NCBI GenBank assembly: GCA_964460805.1
Contig: CAYWPU010000001.1
Span: 38,624 to 102,623, forward strand
Direction of reading: 5' to 3'
DNA: 64,000 nt
Source: an uncultured Candidatus Saccharibacteria bacterium
Lineage (GTDB): Bacteria; Patescibacteriota; Minisyncoccia; Phycocordibacterales; JACOZG01
Part shown: positions 26,231-35,931 of the stretch, in pieces
Numbering within the stretch: the stretch's first letter is position 1
How the letters are laid out: every line of letters starts with the position of its first letter
Notes under the pieces: generated by a model
Told to the model about the DNA's origin: nothing
Databases searched by the model: none
The model's input: the letters and a program-made list of their open reading frames with translations, nothing else
Program-made: the position numbers and the translations under genes

Positions 26231-26260
26231 GGAAAAGAGTGGGGGGCGTTTCCTCATCAA

Positions 26261-26301
26261 GCCTCGCGTGTTCGTCAGATGACGGCATGCGAGGCTTTTT
26301 T
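26261..26301 (+). terminator. rho-independent terminator
   Basis: GCCTCGC ... GCGAGGC stem followed by TTTTTTATTT. Confidence 0.7.
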
Positions 26302-26344
26302 ATTTGTAGATATTTATTTTCTAAAATCTCTAAACTCTGTTATA

Positions 26345-28783
26345 ATGCAAGCTATTCGTGAGTTAATCCTCAAAATTGTGCTGGTCGGCGTGATCCTCGG
26401 TCTGCTGGCGGGCGGCGGACTCTTGCTCTGGGTCAGCACGCTGGAGATGCCCTCGTTTGACTCGTTTAGTGAACGAGTCGTTGCTAAATCTACCAAAATT
26501 TACGACCGCACTGGCGAGATCTTACTCTATGATGTGTATAAAGATGTGAAGCGGCAGATTGTGCCCTTTGAGAATATTTCTAAAAATATCAAGAACGCCA
26601 CGCTAGCGATAGAAGATAACGAGTTCTACCAGCATGCGGGAGTGAAGCCTTTCTCTATCCTCCGCGCTTTCCTCGTCAATCTCAGCGCGGGCGAGAACTT
26701 GCAAGGCGGCTCAACTATCACCCAACAATTGGTGAAGAAGGCGCTCCTGACTGACGAAAAGCTCTGGACTCGGAAGATCAAAGAACTGATCTTGTCGCTG
26801 AAATTAGAAAAGCAACTAAACAAAGACGAGATCCTGAACCACTATCTCAACGAGATGCCCTACGGCGGCAGTATCTACGGCGTAGAGGAGGCCTCGCAAG
26901 CTTATTTTGGCCAGTCAGCGGCTGAGCTGGGAGTAGCCGAGTCGGCTTACTTGGCTGCGATGCTGAAAGCGCCAAGTTATTATTCCCCTTTTGGCAAAAA
27001 CAAAGATAAATTAGACGAGCGCAAGAATGTGGTGATCAACCGCATGGCCGAGCTTGGCTTTATCACTCCGGAAGAAGCGGCACAAGAGAAGACGAGGAAA
27101 ATTGAATTCTTACCTAAAGCCGAACGCGGAATCAAAGCTCCCCACTTTGTGCTCTGGATCCGGGAATATCTGGAAGAGGAGTATGGCGAGGAGGCACTCC
27201 ACGCGCGCGGCTTGAGAGTGACCACTACGCTGGACTGGCCGATGCAGGAGATTGCCGAGCGTGTGGTGGGAGAGTACGGTGCCAGCAACAAAGAGCAATT
27301 CAACGCCAATAATGCGGCCCTCACGGCCATTGACCCCAAAACGGGGCAAATCCTCACAATGGTGGGCTCCAAAGATTACTTTAACGCTGAGGACGACGGC
27401 AACTTTAATATCGCACTCGCTCACCGCCAACCTGGATCATCCTTCAAGCCTTTTGCTTATGCTGAGGCGTTCAATAAAGGCTTCACGCCAGAAACAATGC
27501 TCTTTGATCTGGAAACACAATTTGATACCAGCTGCGCGCGTGGTGGTAATTGCTATAAGCCAAGTAATTATGACGACAAATTCCGCGGGCCCATGAGCTT
27601 GCGCGAGGCGCTGGCGCAGTCTATCAATATCCCTGCAATTAAAGTTCTCTACCTAGCCGGTCTCCGCGACACTCTCAACTTAGCCAAGAACATGGGCATC
27701 ACCAGCCTAGGTAACGCTAACCAATACGGCCTCACGCTGGTGCTGGGTGGCGGCGAAGTCTCGCTATTAGATATGACCAGCGCTTATAGCGTCTTTGCCA
27801 ATGATGGTATCCGCAATCCTTACACTAATATCTTAAAAATTGAGGATGACAAGGGTAATGTGTTAGAAGAATATGCTCCGCGCCCAAATAGAGTACTACC
27901 AGAAAATACTGCCCGACTGGTCTCCAACATTCTCTCTGATAATGCGGCGCGCATCCCCAGTTTCGCCCCCGGCGGGCCACTGGAGTTCCGTACCCAGGCG
28001 GTGGCCGTTAAAACTGGTACAACTAACGACTACAAAGACGCCTGGATCCTGGGATATACTCCCAACTTGGCAGCTGGTGCTTGGGCCGGCAATAGCAACA
28101 ACACACCGATGGAGAAAAAAGTGGCCGGCCTGATCGTCGCACCACTCTGGCGCGCCTTTATGGACGAGGCACTTAAACTGGTACCCAAGGAGGACTTCCC
28201 CGCGCCAGAACCAACTAACCCAGAACTCTTGCCGGTTCTACGTGGTTATTGGCAGGGCGGACGAGGCTACTTTATAGATAAAATCTCCGGCAAACTCGCA
28301 ACGGAATACACGCCGCCGGAACTGCGCGAGGAAAAAGTGCTGACCCAGGTCCACTCAATTCTCTACTGGCTAGATCGCCGTGATGATGCGCAGTTCCCAC
28401 TTTGGGAAGAACCAATCCGGCGTTGGGTGGCAACACAGAACATTAGAGAAGACCGGGACAGCGATATCCCCACAGAAGAAGATGATATCCATGGTCCAGA
28501 AAAATTACCAAGACTAAGAGTCTTGAGCCCGGATGACAAACTCAAATATAATCCAGAACAGCCTATCAGCTTCCGGTTTAGCTACCAGGGTGTTTACCCC
28601 TTAGCTTCTCTGGAATTCTTCTTTAACGAGCAATATCTCGGCTCTAGTGATCAAGAACCTTTTGCCTTCTCCTTTCGCCCCAGCGACTATAATCCAGCCC
28701 AAACGCGCAACGAGTTGCGAGTGGTGGCCAAAGATAATGTCGGCAACCGGAACACAGTACTGGTAACAATTAATCTAGAGTAA
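26345..28783 (+). CDS. class A penicillin-binding protein (PBP1A; glycosyltransferase GT51 + transpeptidase)
   Basis: GT51 motifs (LAIEDNEFYQHAGV, TITQQL), transpeptidase SSFK (SxxK) in QPGSSFKP, KTGTT motif. Start moved to ATG 26345 (MQAIRELILK, TM follows) because 26279 overlaps the upstream terminator. Confidence 0.85.
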   Translation: MQAIRELILKIVLVGVILGLLAGGGLLLWVSTLEMPSFDSFSERVVAKSTKIYDRTGEILLYDVYKDVKRQIVPFENISKNIKNATLAIEDNEFYQHAGVKPFSILRAFLVNLSAGENLQGGSTITQQLVKKALLTDEKLWTRKIKELILSLKLEKQLNKDEILNHYLNEMPYGGSIYGVEEASQAYFGQSAAELGVAESAYLAAMLKAPSYYSPFGKNKDKLDERKNVVINRMAELGFITPEEAAQEKTRKIEFLPKAERGIKAPHFVLWIREYLEEEYGEEALHARGLRVTTTLDWPMQEIAERVVGEYGASNKEQFNANNAALTAIDPKTGQILTMVGSKDYFNAEDDGNFNIALAHRQPGSSFKPFAYAEAFNKGFTPETMLFDLETQFDTSCARGGNCYKPSNYDDKFRGPMSLREALAQSINIPAIKVLYLAGLRDTLNLAKNMGITSLGNANQYGLTLVLGGGEVSLLDMTSAYSVFANDGIRNPYTNILKIEDDKGNVLEEYAPRPNRVLPENTARLVSNILSDNAARIPSFAPGGPLEFRTQAVAVKTGTTNDYKDAWILGYTPNLAAGAWAGNSNNTPMEKKVAGLIVAPLWRAFMDEALKLVPKEDFPAPEPTNPELLPVLRGYWQGGRGYFIDKISGKLATEYTPPELREEKVLTQVHSILYWLDRRDDAQFPLWEEPIRRWVATQNIREDRDSDIPTEEDDIHGPEKLPRLRVLSPDDKLKYNPEQPISFRFSYQGVYPLASLEFFFNEQYLGSSDQEPFAFSFRPSDYNPAQTRNELRVVAKDNVGNRNTVLVTINLE

Positions 28784-28788
28784 ACAAG

Positions 28789-29046
28789 CTAAGACAGGCG
28801 CCGCGGGCGCGGTTCGCCCAAGCGCTTGGTAATCTGCTCGGTAACGCGCTCGCGGTTAATAAAAAGCAGATTTTTCACCAGTGGCGAAACTTGGATATAA
28901 ATCTGCCCCCTCTTCACTTCTATCTGGTCTAGATTTAACTCTAGATCTAATTCTTCACTCAAGACTTGCTTGGTCGCCTCTTTCACCCTCGCGTCTGGCG
29001 GCAATAATTGCGTAAAACGAGCAAGAAATAAGTTTACACGTTCCAC
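28789..29046 (-). CDS. small conserved protein downstream of dnaN (DUF721-like)
   Basis: 85 aa. Position after dnaN and the IEVKRGQIYIQVSPLVKNLLFINRERV region resemble DUF721-type proteins. Tentative. Confidence 0.35.
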   Translation of the reverse strand: MERVNLFLARFTQLLPPDARVKEATKQVLSEELDLELNLDQIEVKRGQIYIQVSPLVKNLLFINRERVTEQITKRLGEPRPRRLS

Positions 29047-29061
29047 ACTTTAGATCTTAGA

Positions 29062-30168
29062 CTAGCGATTAAGCGGCATGATGAGATAACGGAAAGTGTC
29101 GTCCCGCAAGCCGGTGAGCAAGATCGGCTTGGTCCGGCCGTTGAATTGTAATTGGACTTGATCATCAGCCAGCGCCTGCAGGCCATCTAGGAGATAGCGG
29201 AGGTTAAAGCTTACTGTTAACTCCTCACCCGATATTTCCGCCGGCAGGAGGCTGGTATTCTCCCCCACCTCGCCGTTTTGGCTTGTTAGCTCTAGAGTCC
29301 CGTCTTCCGGCCTAACTTTAAGTGTCACATGATTCAGTCTATCAGTAAAAATCTGCGATAATCTCAGGCTATTTAAGAGCACCTCTCTATCTAGAGTCAC
29401 TTGAGTAAGAGACTTCGCCGGCATAATTTGCCGGTAATCGGGGAAGATACCATCAACCAAACGAGAGGTAACGGTTAATTGATCGCTCTTGATCGTGAGC
29501 TGGTTGCGGTTATGGTGCCAGCTCATGTCTCCGGATTGCGCTTCAAGCAACCGCATTATTTCTGCCACATTCCTGATCGGCAAAATTAACCTGACTTCTT
29601 CGCCCGTTTCCACAGGATTAACTGCGAGACGCTTTTCTGCTAAACGGAAAGAGTCTGTGGCGACTAAATACATGTTACTTTCACTCGTGTGGAGATAGAT
29701 ACTGGCGATCTCCGGCTTAATATCAGTGAGTGCGGCGGCGTAAGAGGTAGCGCGAGCGGCGGAAATAAATTCGCCAGCTGCCAGACTAAACTCCCCCACC
29801 TGATCCAACTCAGGTAGAGAGGGAAACTCTTCTCCAGACTGAACTTTCACTACTGTTGAACTATTAGCCGTAGCCACCATCAAGTTAGCCCCTTCTGTGG
29901 CCAAAGTTATCTTATCAACGCCGCTGATAGTCGCGAGGAAATTGTGTAAAACCGCTCCCGGGACCAATATCTCGCCAGGCGCGCTCACCTTAGCCGGCAA
30001 ACGCCACTCGCAACCAAGATCAAGATTAGTAGATCTGATCACCAGTGAGTGCTCGCTGGCCGAGAGTAAAATCTGACCCAAGATCGGCAAAGATAAATTT
30101 TTACCAGTCACCCGTTCAGCCAGGCCGATAGCTTGCTTAAGTCTTTCCCTCTGACATTCCAGTTTCAT
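29062..30168 (-). CDS. dnaN: DNA polymerase III beta sliding clamp
   Basis: MKLECQRERLKQAIGLAERVTGKNLSLPILGQILL N-terminus, three-domain length (368 aa), directly downstream of dnaA. Confidence 0.9.
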   Translation of the reverse strand: MKLECQRERLKQAIGLAERVTGKNLSLPILGQILLSASEHSLVIRSTNLDLGCEWRLPAKVSAPGEILVPGAVLHNFLATISGVDKITLATEGANLMVATANSSTVVKVQSGEEFPSLPELDQVGEFSLAAGEFISAARATSYAAALTDIKPEIASIYLHTSESNMYLVATDSFRLAEKRLAVNPVETGEEVRLILPIRNVAEIMRLLEAQSGDMSWHHNRNQLTIKSDQLTVTSRLVDGIFPDYRQIMPAKSLTQVTLDREVLLNSLRLSQIFTDRLNHVTLKVRPEDGTLELTSQNGEVGENTSLLPAEISGEELTVSFNLRYLLDGLQALADDQVQLQFNGRTKPILLTGLRDDTFRYLIMPLNR

Positions 30169-30343
30169 AGCTATTAATTAATTATATTTAATCTAAATTT
30201 ATTATTACTATTAGTGCTGTGAATTAGTCTTGTCTTTATTTCTAGCCCTATTTTGTTATTTAACATTGTGGATTATTTTTGGTAAGTTTTTTAATTCCAA
30301 ATTTATGCTCAAGTTATCCCGTGTTATCCATAGTTTATCCCTG
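30169..30343. promoter_or_regulatory. AT-rich dnaA-dnaN intergenic region with DnaA-box-like 9-mers (oriC candidate)
   Basis: TGTGGATTA at 30267-30275 is the reverse complement of TAATCCACA. TTATCCATA at 30324-30332, TTATCCCGT at 30314-30322, TTATCCCTG at 30335-30343. Strongly AT-rich from 30170 to 30300. Confidence 0.5.
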
Positions 30344-31681
30344 ATATATCAAGTTCCTGATCTGCTCTATCTCTTGCTGTAGTGGTTGATTGATGAGGAT
30401 GTCTTTTTTAATCTTCTCGTAAGCGTGGATTACTGTGGTGTGATCCCTCCCGCCCAACTTCTGGCCAATATACGGGTAAGAAGTGTTAAAGTCTTCGCGC
30501 AACAAGTACATGATCACTTGCCGGGGCTTAACCACTTCTTTCTTTCTCGTTTTCTCGTATAAGTTTTTCTCGTTAATGTTATAGAAATTAGCCACAGCTT
30601 CCGCCACATCTTTCACTGAGACCATCTTCTTGGGCTTAATATTATTTTTGATCAGTGTTTTGATCTCGTTCAAGTTTAAGTGTCGGTTCTTGAGCTGGCT
30701 CTGGCAGACTACAGTATTCAAGCACCCCTCTAGTTCTCTGATATTATCTTGGATAACTTCAGCGATATATTCCAGCACCTCATTGGCTAGCAATAACTGA
30801 TGTTGCTTGATCTTGTTCTTGAGGATGGCCAGGCGAGATTCGTAGTCCGGTTTGATCACATCCACAATCATGCCGCCCTCAAAGCGGGAACGCAGGCGCT
30901 CTTCCAGGCCGGTGATATATTTTGGCGATTTATCAGACGAGAAGATGATCTGCCGGTTGCTCTCGTGGAGATGATTGAAGAGATGGAACAGCTCTTCTTG
31001 CGTCTTCTCTTTATTAGAGAAAAACTGGACGTCATCCATAATCAACACGTCGTATTTGCGGTATTTCTCTTTAAACGCATTAATTCTATTCTGTTGCATT
31101 GAGTTCACGTAATCCATCGTGAACTGCTCAGAAGTGACGTAATAGACTTTCTTATTCGGATGCGTTTTCTTCACATAATTACCCAGGGCTTGGATCAAGT
31201 GTGTTTTGCCAAGGCCGGTACTGCCGTAGATAAAGAGCGGATTATAGATCTGGCCCAGCTTCTGCGACGAGGCCCGGACGGCTGCGTGGGCTAGCTCATT
31301 AAATGGCCCAACGGTGAAAGTCTCAAAGATATATTTAGGATTGAGATTATCTTCTCGGTTAGTGTACATCTCCAAGTTCATCTGGGGACTGGCCGGCATT
31401 GGAGCGATCGCCGCGGGCTGCTCTACCGTCTCGCCCTTGGTAATGGTGTACTCTATTGCCCTTACCTCCGGCACCAAGTGGCGGAGCGACTTGAGGATAG
31501 ACTTATGATACTTTTTATACAGCCAGTCTTTAACAAAAGCGTTGGGTACGCCCAGGTAGATAACGCCATCGCTATCCTTAATAATCCGCGTACTGCGGAA
31601 CCAGGTGCCAAAATTGGCCTTAGATACTTCCAGTTCAATCTCCACCAACGCGTTTTCCCAGAGCGTTTTGTGGTCTAGCAT
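30335..31681 (-). CDS. dnaA: chromosomal replication initiator protein DnaA
   Basis: Walker A GSTGLGKTHL, AAA+ motifs, C-terminal DNA-binding domain (HTTVIHAYEKI). Confidence 0.9.
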   Translation of the reverse strand: MLDHKTLWENALVEIELEVSKANFGTWFRSTRIIKDSDGVIYLGVPNAFVKDWLYKKYHKSILKSLRHLVPEVRAIEYTITKGETVEQPAAIAPMPASPQMNLEMYTNREDNLNPKYIFETFTVGPFNELAHAAVRASSQKLGQIYNPLFIYGSTGLGKTHLIQALGNYVKKTHPNKKVYYVTSEQFTMDYVNSMQQNRINAFKEKYRKYDVLIMDDVQFFSNKEKTQEELFHLFNHLHESNRQIIFSSDKSPKYITGLEERLRSRFEGGMIVDVIKPDYESRLAILKNKIKQHQLLLANEVLEYIAEVIQDNIRELEGCLNTVVCQSQLKNRHLNLNEIKTLIKNNIKPKKMVSVKDVAEAVANFYNINEKNLYEKTRKKEVVKPRQVIMYLLREDFNTSYPYIGQKLGGRDHTTVIHAYEKIKKDILINQPLQQEIEQIRNLIYQG

Positions 31682-31740
31682 GACAGGAATTATATGCTCT
31701 TGCTCTCAACTATCCAACTAGCGCAATCTGTTAATAATCA

Positions 31741-31760
31741 GTGGATTAATGTGGATAAAC
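31741..31760. promoter_or_regulatory. DnaA boxes upstream of dnaA / in rpmH promoter region
   Basis: TGTGGATAA at 31750-31758 is the reverse complement of the perfect consensus TTATCCACA. The adjacent GTGGATTAA at 31741-31749 is a 1-mismatch copy. Confidence 0.55.
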
Positions 31761-31776
31761 ATGCTAGACTCTTGCC

Positions 31777-31911
31777 ATGTCACGAACATACCAACCCAAA
31801 AAGCGCAAACGCAAGACTACTCACGGCTTCCTTGTCCGCAGTGCCTCCAAGGCTGGCAAGCGGGTGATCAAACGCCGCCGGCAGAAGGGTCGCAAGCGCC
31901 TCGCCGTTTAG
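31777..31911 (+). CDS. rpmH: 50S ribosomal protein L34 (not in ORF track because <60 aa)
   Basis: My translation of 31777-31911: [44 protein letters not shown]. Followed by rnpA as in the conserved rpmH-rnpA-yidC arrangement. Confidence 0.85.
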   Translation: MSRTYQPKKRKRKTTHGFLVRSASKAGKRVIKRRRQKGRKRLAV

Positions 31912-31915
31912 CCAG

Positions 31916-32248
31916 ATGCTCCCCCGCGTTAACCGCCTGAGCCGGGCCGAGATTGATGAGATTGTCAGGCGCGGCCGGAGGGCTGGCCGGAGGCCGCTCG
32001 GCTTGCGTTATCTGCTGGTGCCGGGCCCAGCGCGCTTTGCCATAGTAGTGCCAGCTAAAGAGATTAGGCAATCTGTGGCCCGCCATCGTCTCAAGCGCCG
32101 GATCCGTGCCCTAATCCGCGAGCAAGCAGGGCAGTTTAAGCCCAGCCGGAGCTGTCACGCTGTGATCTTTGCTGGTAGCCCAGCCTCTCAGCTCCCTTTC
32201 CCCGATCTGCGCGAGCAATTAACTCAATTATTTAAACAAATCCAATGA
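31916..32248 (+). CDS. rnpA: ribonuclease P protein component
   Basis: MLPRVNRLSRAEIDEIVRRGRR, basic, 110 aa. Sits between rpmH and yidC. Confidence 0.8.
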   Translation: MLPRVNRLSRAEIDEIVRRGRRAGRRPLGLRYLLVPGPARFAIVVPAKEIRQSVARHRLKRRIRALIREQAGQFKPSRSCHAVIFAGSPASQLPFPDLREQLTQLFKQIQ

Positions 32249-32976
32249 TTTCCAGCGCTTTCCGCCACATCTTCTTCCTCCCTCTCTATAATGCCCTCGT
32301 CTGGCTCAGCACAGTGTTGCCTGGGGCCGATATTGGCTTGGCGATCATTATCCTCACTCTGGCTGTCCGCTTTATCCTCTTCCCGCTCCAGCATCGCATG
32401 AGCAAGACCCAGAGGGCGCTCAAGTTGCTTGAGCCCAAGCTGGCTGAGCTTAAGGCTAAATATGCTGATGACAAGAGCGAGCAGGCCAAGAAGCTGATGG
32501 AGCTCTACCGCGAGCATGGGGTCAATCCTTTTGCCGGCTTTGTGCTCCTCCTCATCCAGTTGCCCATTCTCTTAGCTTTGTACTGGGTCTTCCGTGATAG
32601 CTTTGTGATCCAAACCGACTGGCTCTACTCGTTTATCACTCCCCCGGCCGCCTTGGGTACCCACTTCCTCGGCTGGCTGGATATCACCACCAAGAGCTGG
32701 CCTCTAGCCCTGATAGTGGGTATTACCCAGTTCATCCAGATGAAGCTGGTGATGCCTCCCAGCGCCCCTATTGCCCCCGATGCGCCCAAGTCCCTCTCTG
32801 CCGATCTCCAGCGCAGTATGAGCCTGCAGATGCGTTACTTTATGCCTCTGATGGTTACTTTCATTGCCTTTGGCTTGCCAGCTGCTATCCCCCTCTACTG
32901 GATAACCAGCAATATCTTTGCCATTGGCCACGAGCTCTTAGTTAACAGAAAAGCGCGGGACTTAGCTAGTGATTAG
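32245..32976 (+). CDS. yidC: membrane protein insertase YidC (short Oxa1-type form)
   Basis: LAIIILTLAVRFILFPL first TM with conserved Arg, KLAELKAKYADDKSEQAKKLMELYREHGVNPFAG amphipathic region. 243 aa. Confidence 0.85.
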   Translation: MISSAFRHIFFLPLYNALVWLSTVLPGADIGLAIIILTLAVRFILFPLQHRMSKTQRALKLLEPKLAELKAKYADDKSEQAKKLMELYREHGVNPFAGFVLLLIQLPILLALYWVFRDSFVIQTDWLYSFITPPAALGTHFLGWLDITTKSWPLALIVGITQFIQMKLVMPPSAPIAPDAPKSLSADLQRSMSLQMRYFMPLMVTFIAFGLPAAIPLYWITSNIFAIGHELLVNRKARDLASD

Positions 32977-33004
32977 TATTTTTTAAATTTAGAGAAAGAA
33001 AAAA

Positions 33005-33030
33005 GCGCATCCAATGGATGCGCTTTTTTG
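33005..33030. terminator. bidirectional rho-independent terminator
   Basis: GCGCATCC-AAT-GGATGCGC hairpin with an A-run before and a T-run after. Between yidC (+) and the 33032..33400 gene (-). Confidence 0.75.
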
Positions 33031-33031
33031 C

Positions 33032-33400
33032 TTAGACTGATGTTTCGCACAGCTCTATCTTTCCAGTGCCATGTCTGACGTTGTAAATACCCCTGATTGC
33101 CAGATCCCCCTGCGCTGTGGGCCAGTAACCGATGAAGTTCCAATCCTCGTCCTCTGCGCCACTGACGGGTGAACAATGCACGCGCGACAACGCATTGATT
33201 CTTACACGGCCCATGCACTTAATGTGACTTTCTGGGCTACTGACTTGGAAAAATACACCCGAACGATTGGTGGCGTGACCCTCAAACAAAGCAACCGCCA
33301 ATTCCCATTTTGATGGTCCAGCAACAATATCTAGCTTTAACATGATTTGTCTCTCCAAGATAGAATCTCTTGGCCTCCAACCTGCTACGCTGCAAGTCAA
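33032..33400 (-). CDS. hypothetical protein, last gene of the T4SS-like gene string
   Basis: ORF likely starting at MLKLDIVAGPSKWELAV. No recognisable motif. Confidence 0.4.
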   Translation of the reverse strand: MTCSVAGWRPRDSILERQIMLKLDIVAGPSKWELAVALFEGHATNRSGVFFQVSSPESHIKCMGRVRINALSRVHCSPVSGAEDEDWNFIGYWPTAQGDLAIRGIYNVRHGTGKIELCETSV

Positions 33401-33544
33401 AGATCAATTGTTAACTAATTTAAGTATAGCAAATTACAGTCTGCTTGTCAAGGGTTTCTACAATACAACACAATTGTCAATCTTGACTTGCCAGAATAGC
33501 CTTATTTCTAGCCACTATTAGAACATATTTATCTAGAAACTTGC

Positions 33545-34822
33545 CTAGAAGCTGCCACTGATGTCCAACGCCCAGAGTCTCTGGTCGTAGCGGTTATTGA
33601 TGTAGAGGGTCTTTTCCTCAGGGTCTAGCAGGAGCTTGTCGGCATCTAAGTTGATGTCTAGATTGCTGGTGGTGGGGCTAAAGATGATCTCATTCTGGTC
33701 GGTTACAGTATCTATTTTCCAGATATTATCGTTCAGTCTCACTTCTCCTCGGTACCAATCGTCCGGATAGCGGTAGCCGCTTGGCAGTCCGGCTGGCACC
33801 GCGCAATAGGCCGTCAGGCCCGCTCTGGACCACACGCACTTCTCCGTCCAAGTTCTCATGTTTAACCGGCTAAAGAACTTTTTGCTCCTGTCGTAGATGC
33901 CAAAGACCAGACCCTGCTCTCCCAGGCCGCTGTAGAGTACCCGATTGAGGTCGGGATTAACCAGAGTGCTTAAGCCGGGCACGCCAGTGATGACAGGTTC
34001 CAGCTCTTTGGACCTCAAGTCCCACAAGTAGAGCGAGCCATTGGCTAGTTCGGAACTGCGGCTCTGTAGGGCGATCACAGTAGGACTGACCCAGCTGGCT
34101 TGCCACTCTTGGTAAGGTGAGCGGAAGAGGGTTTGTTTGTTGCTACCATCAAGCTGGGCGAGATAAGCAACTGATTGATTGCCGCTCGGCTCTAGCCAGA
34201 AGACTTGGCTATGGTCTGGCGATACGGCCAGAGAGAGGATCTCCGCTGGCCAGGCTCGGGTGGCTAGGGTTGGCAAGTCAGACTCCGGCAGGCTGAGGAA
34301 GTCGTCTCCGGCTAAAGTGGGGCGGATATCCAGGCTGACGGCGATGGTCTGGAGACGGCCCTCGCGCAGGTGGCTGATGATCAGCTCGGTGCTGGTGCCG
34401 CTCTGGCCCGCGGCCAGGCTATAGACTTTTGGGATAGTAGTATTGGAGATGCGCTCGGCGGCGGCTCCTGGCTGGAGGCGGTAGAGATGGCCGGTAATCT
34501 TCTCGGCATAGATGAGAGCGCTGGAGGTGGCTTGGCCCACCAGTGCCAAGCCACCAATTGGCCGGGCTGAGACGCGGTAGAAGCGGCCGGTTGCATCGCT
34601 CACTGTTCCCTCTTCAGCCAACGGACTACTAGAGGCGGTATTGCTGGTAAAAATATCTCCGCCCGGCAGGAGCTCGCCACTCGGGAAGAGCTCGTTGCTC
34701 ACCACCGCTTGATCGCTTGGCACTTCTTCTTGCCCGCGCCACTTGGCCCATGCCAGCGCAATCATGATTATGATGATCAGCGCGCTGCCGGTGAGAATAA
34801 GAGTTTTAGTCTTTTTAGACAT
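33545..34822 (-). CDS. secreted/membrane-anchored protein of T4SS-like operon (N-terminal TM, large extracytoplasmic domain)
   Basis: MSKKTKTLILTGSALIIIIMIALAWA anchor. 425 aa with repeated hydrophobic/W-containing segments compatible with a beta-rich fold. Confidence 0.5.
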   Translation of the reverse strand: MSKKTKTLILTGSALIIIIMIALAWAKWRGQEEVPSDQAVVSNELFPSGELLPGGDIFTSNTASSSPLAEEGTVSDATGRFYRVSARPIGGLALVGQATSSALIYAEKITGHLYRLQPGAAAERISNTTIPKVYSLAAGQSGTSTELIISHLREGRLQTIAVSLDIRPTLAGDDFLSLPESDLPTLATRAWPAEILSLAVSPDHSQVFWLEPSGNQSVAYLAQLDGSNKQTLFRSPYQEWQASWVSPTVIALQSRSSELANGSLYLWDLRSKELEPVITGVPGLSTLVNPDLNRVLYSGLGEQGLVFGIYDRSKKFFSRLNMRTWTEKCVWSRAGLTAYCAVPAGLPSGYRYPDDWYRGEVRLNDNIWKIDTVTDQNEIIFSPTTSNLDINLDADKLLLDPEEKTLYINNRYDQRLWALDISGSF

Positions 34823-34828
34823 TTGTTT

Positions 34829-35203
34829 TTATTGACCCAGATTGCCCAGTGTACCCAGGGTGTTCACAATATCTGGGTTAATCTCGTTTAAGATTACCCA
34901 GGCGACCAGTGCGAGCAATAGACCCCAGAGCGCGCTCTTGATGCGCTCGGTGCCCTCACTCTTGCCGCCCGGCTTCATGCTCAGCACATGCTGCAGTCCG
35001 CCCCAAGTAACCATCACCACCGCCAGAGTGATTGCCACGCCCAGGAAGATGGGAAAGGCCACCTGCACATATTCACCAATAGAGCTGATCTCTGATCCGG
35101 CAGAGCCGGTGCCAGTATTGAGGGGCGCCAGGAGGTTAACTTGGTTCTGGGCCAGAGCCTTTTCTGTAAAAAAATTAAGTAGATTACTTAGCATGTTTTT
35201 CAA
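34829..35203 (-). CDS. VirB2/TrbC-like T4SS pilin candidate
   Basis: 124 aa. N-terminal leader, then two hydrophobic segments (VQVAFPIFLGVAITLAVVMVTWGGL and IKSALWGLLLALVAWVILNEI) separated by a short charged loop, the classic VirB2/TrbC architecture. By topology only. Confidence 0.45.
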   Translation of the reverse strand: MKNMLSNLLNFFTEKALAQNQVNLLAPLNTGTGSAGSEISSIGEYVQVAFPIFLGVAITLAVVMVTWGGLQHVLSMKPGGKSEGTERIKSALWGLLLALVAWVILNEINPDIVNTLGTLGNLGQ

Positions 35204-35931
35204 AAATTAAAGACGCCTGTGTTTCCAAAGTTGATCCGGAACTCGCGCTTGGCTGTCTGGAAGAGATTATTTAAGCTCTCTGTGGTGAGCTTGATGATAC
35301 TCTCACCGCTAATGCCACTGGGCGCGGCAAAGGTAATGAGGCGGTTATCTACTGGCGAGGGCACCACCTTCTGATCGTTCAGCGTCCAACGGTAATCAAT
35401 TTTGCCAGTCTGGACATCTACATTATTAAAGAAATAGGGCTCAGCCGCTAGGTTGATCTCTGGTTGAGTGAGCGTGAGACTGGTGCCCAGAGCGCGGTGG
35501 TAATTGATCCCCAGCAGTGGATCGTCCTCGTAGATGCTGATTACTGGATTGACCACTAGTATCTCCACCAGGCGGTTTGCTGATCCTGTTTTGCCGGGCG
35601 CGGTCACCAGCACTTGGACTTGATGCCTCTCCCTCGCTTGGCCAGCAGTGAAGCTGAGAGTACTCTGGCCAAGGCCCGAGGACTTGGGTACTGCTTGGCC
35701 GTCTCTCTGCCAGCGGTACTCAAGTTGCTCTGGACTCACACCCGGCCAGGCGGCTAGTGCCACCACGCGCACAGTGCTCTGGGGAGTGGCTTGGCTATGA
35801 CCCAAGTAGAAGGCTGGTTTGTACGTGCTAGCGCTCCAGAGCAGATCTACACTGGGAGCGCTCTGAGCCTGGGCGCCGGGCGCGGTGAGTATTAATGTAA
35901 AAAGAGTGAGGAGAGTGGTAAAAAATTTCAT
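35200..35931 (-). CDS. secreted protein of T4SS-like operon
   Basis: Signal peptide MKFFTTLLTLFTLILTAPGAQA. 243 aa, no recognisable motif. Confidence 0.45.
   Translation of the reverse strand: MKFFTTLLTLFTLILTAPGAQAQSAPSVDLLWSASTYKPAFYLGHSQATPQSTVRVVALAAWPGVSPEQLEYRWQRDGQAVPKSSGLGQSTLSFTAGQARERHQVQVLVTAPGKTGSANRLVEILVVNPVISIYEDDPLLGINYHRALGTSLTLTQPEINLAAEPYFFNNVDVQTGKIDYRWTLNDQKVVPSPVDNRLITFAAPSGISGESIIKLTTESLNNLFQTAKREFRINFGNTGVFNF

Noticed and set aside
26279-26344. Upstream extension of the PBP1A ORF (MTACEAFLFVDIYFLKSLNSVI)
   Set aside because: The extension overlaps the rho-independent terminator of the preceding gene. ATG 26345 gives the canonical short cytoplasmic tail followed by the TM anchor.
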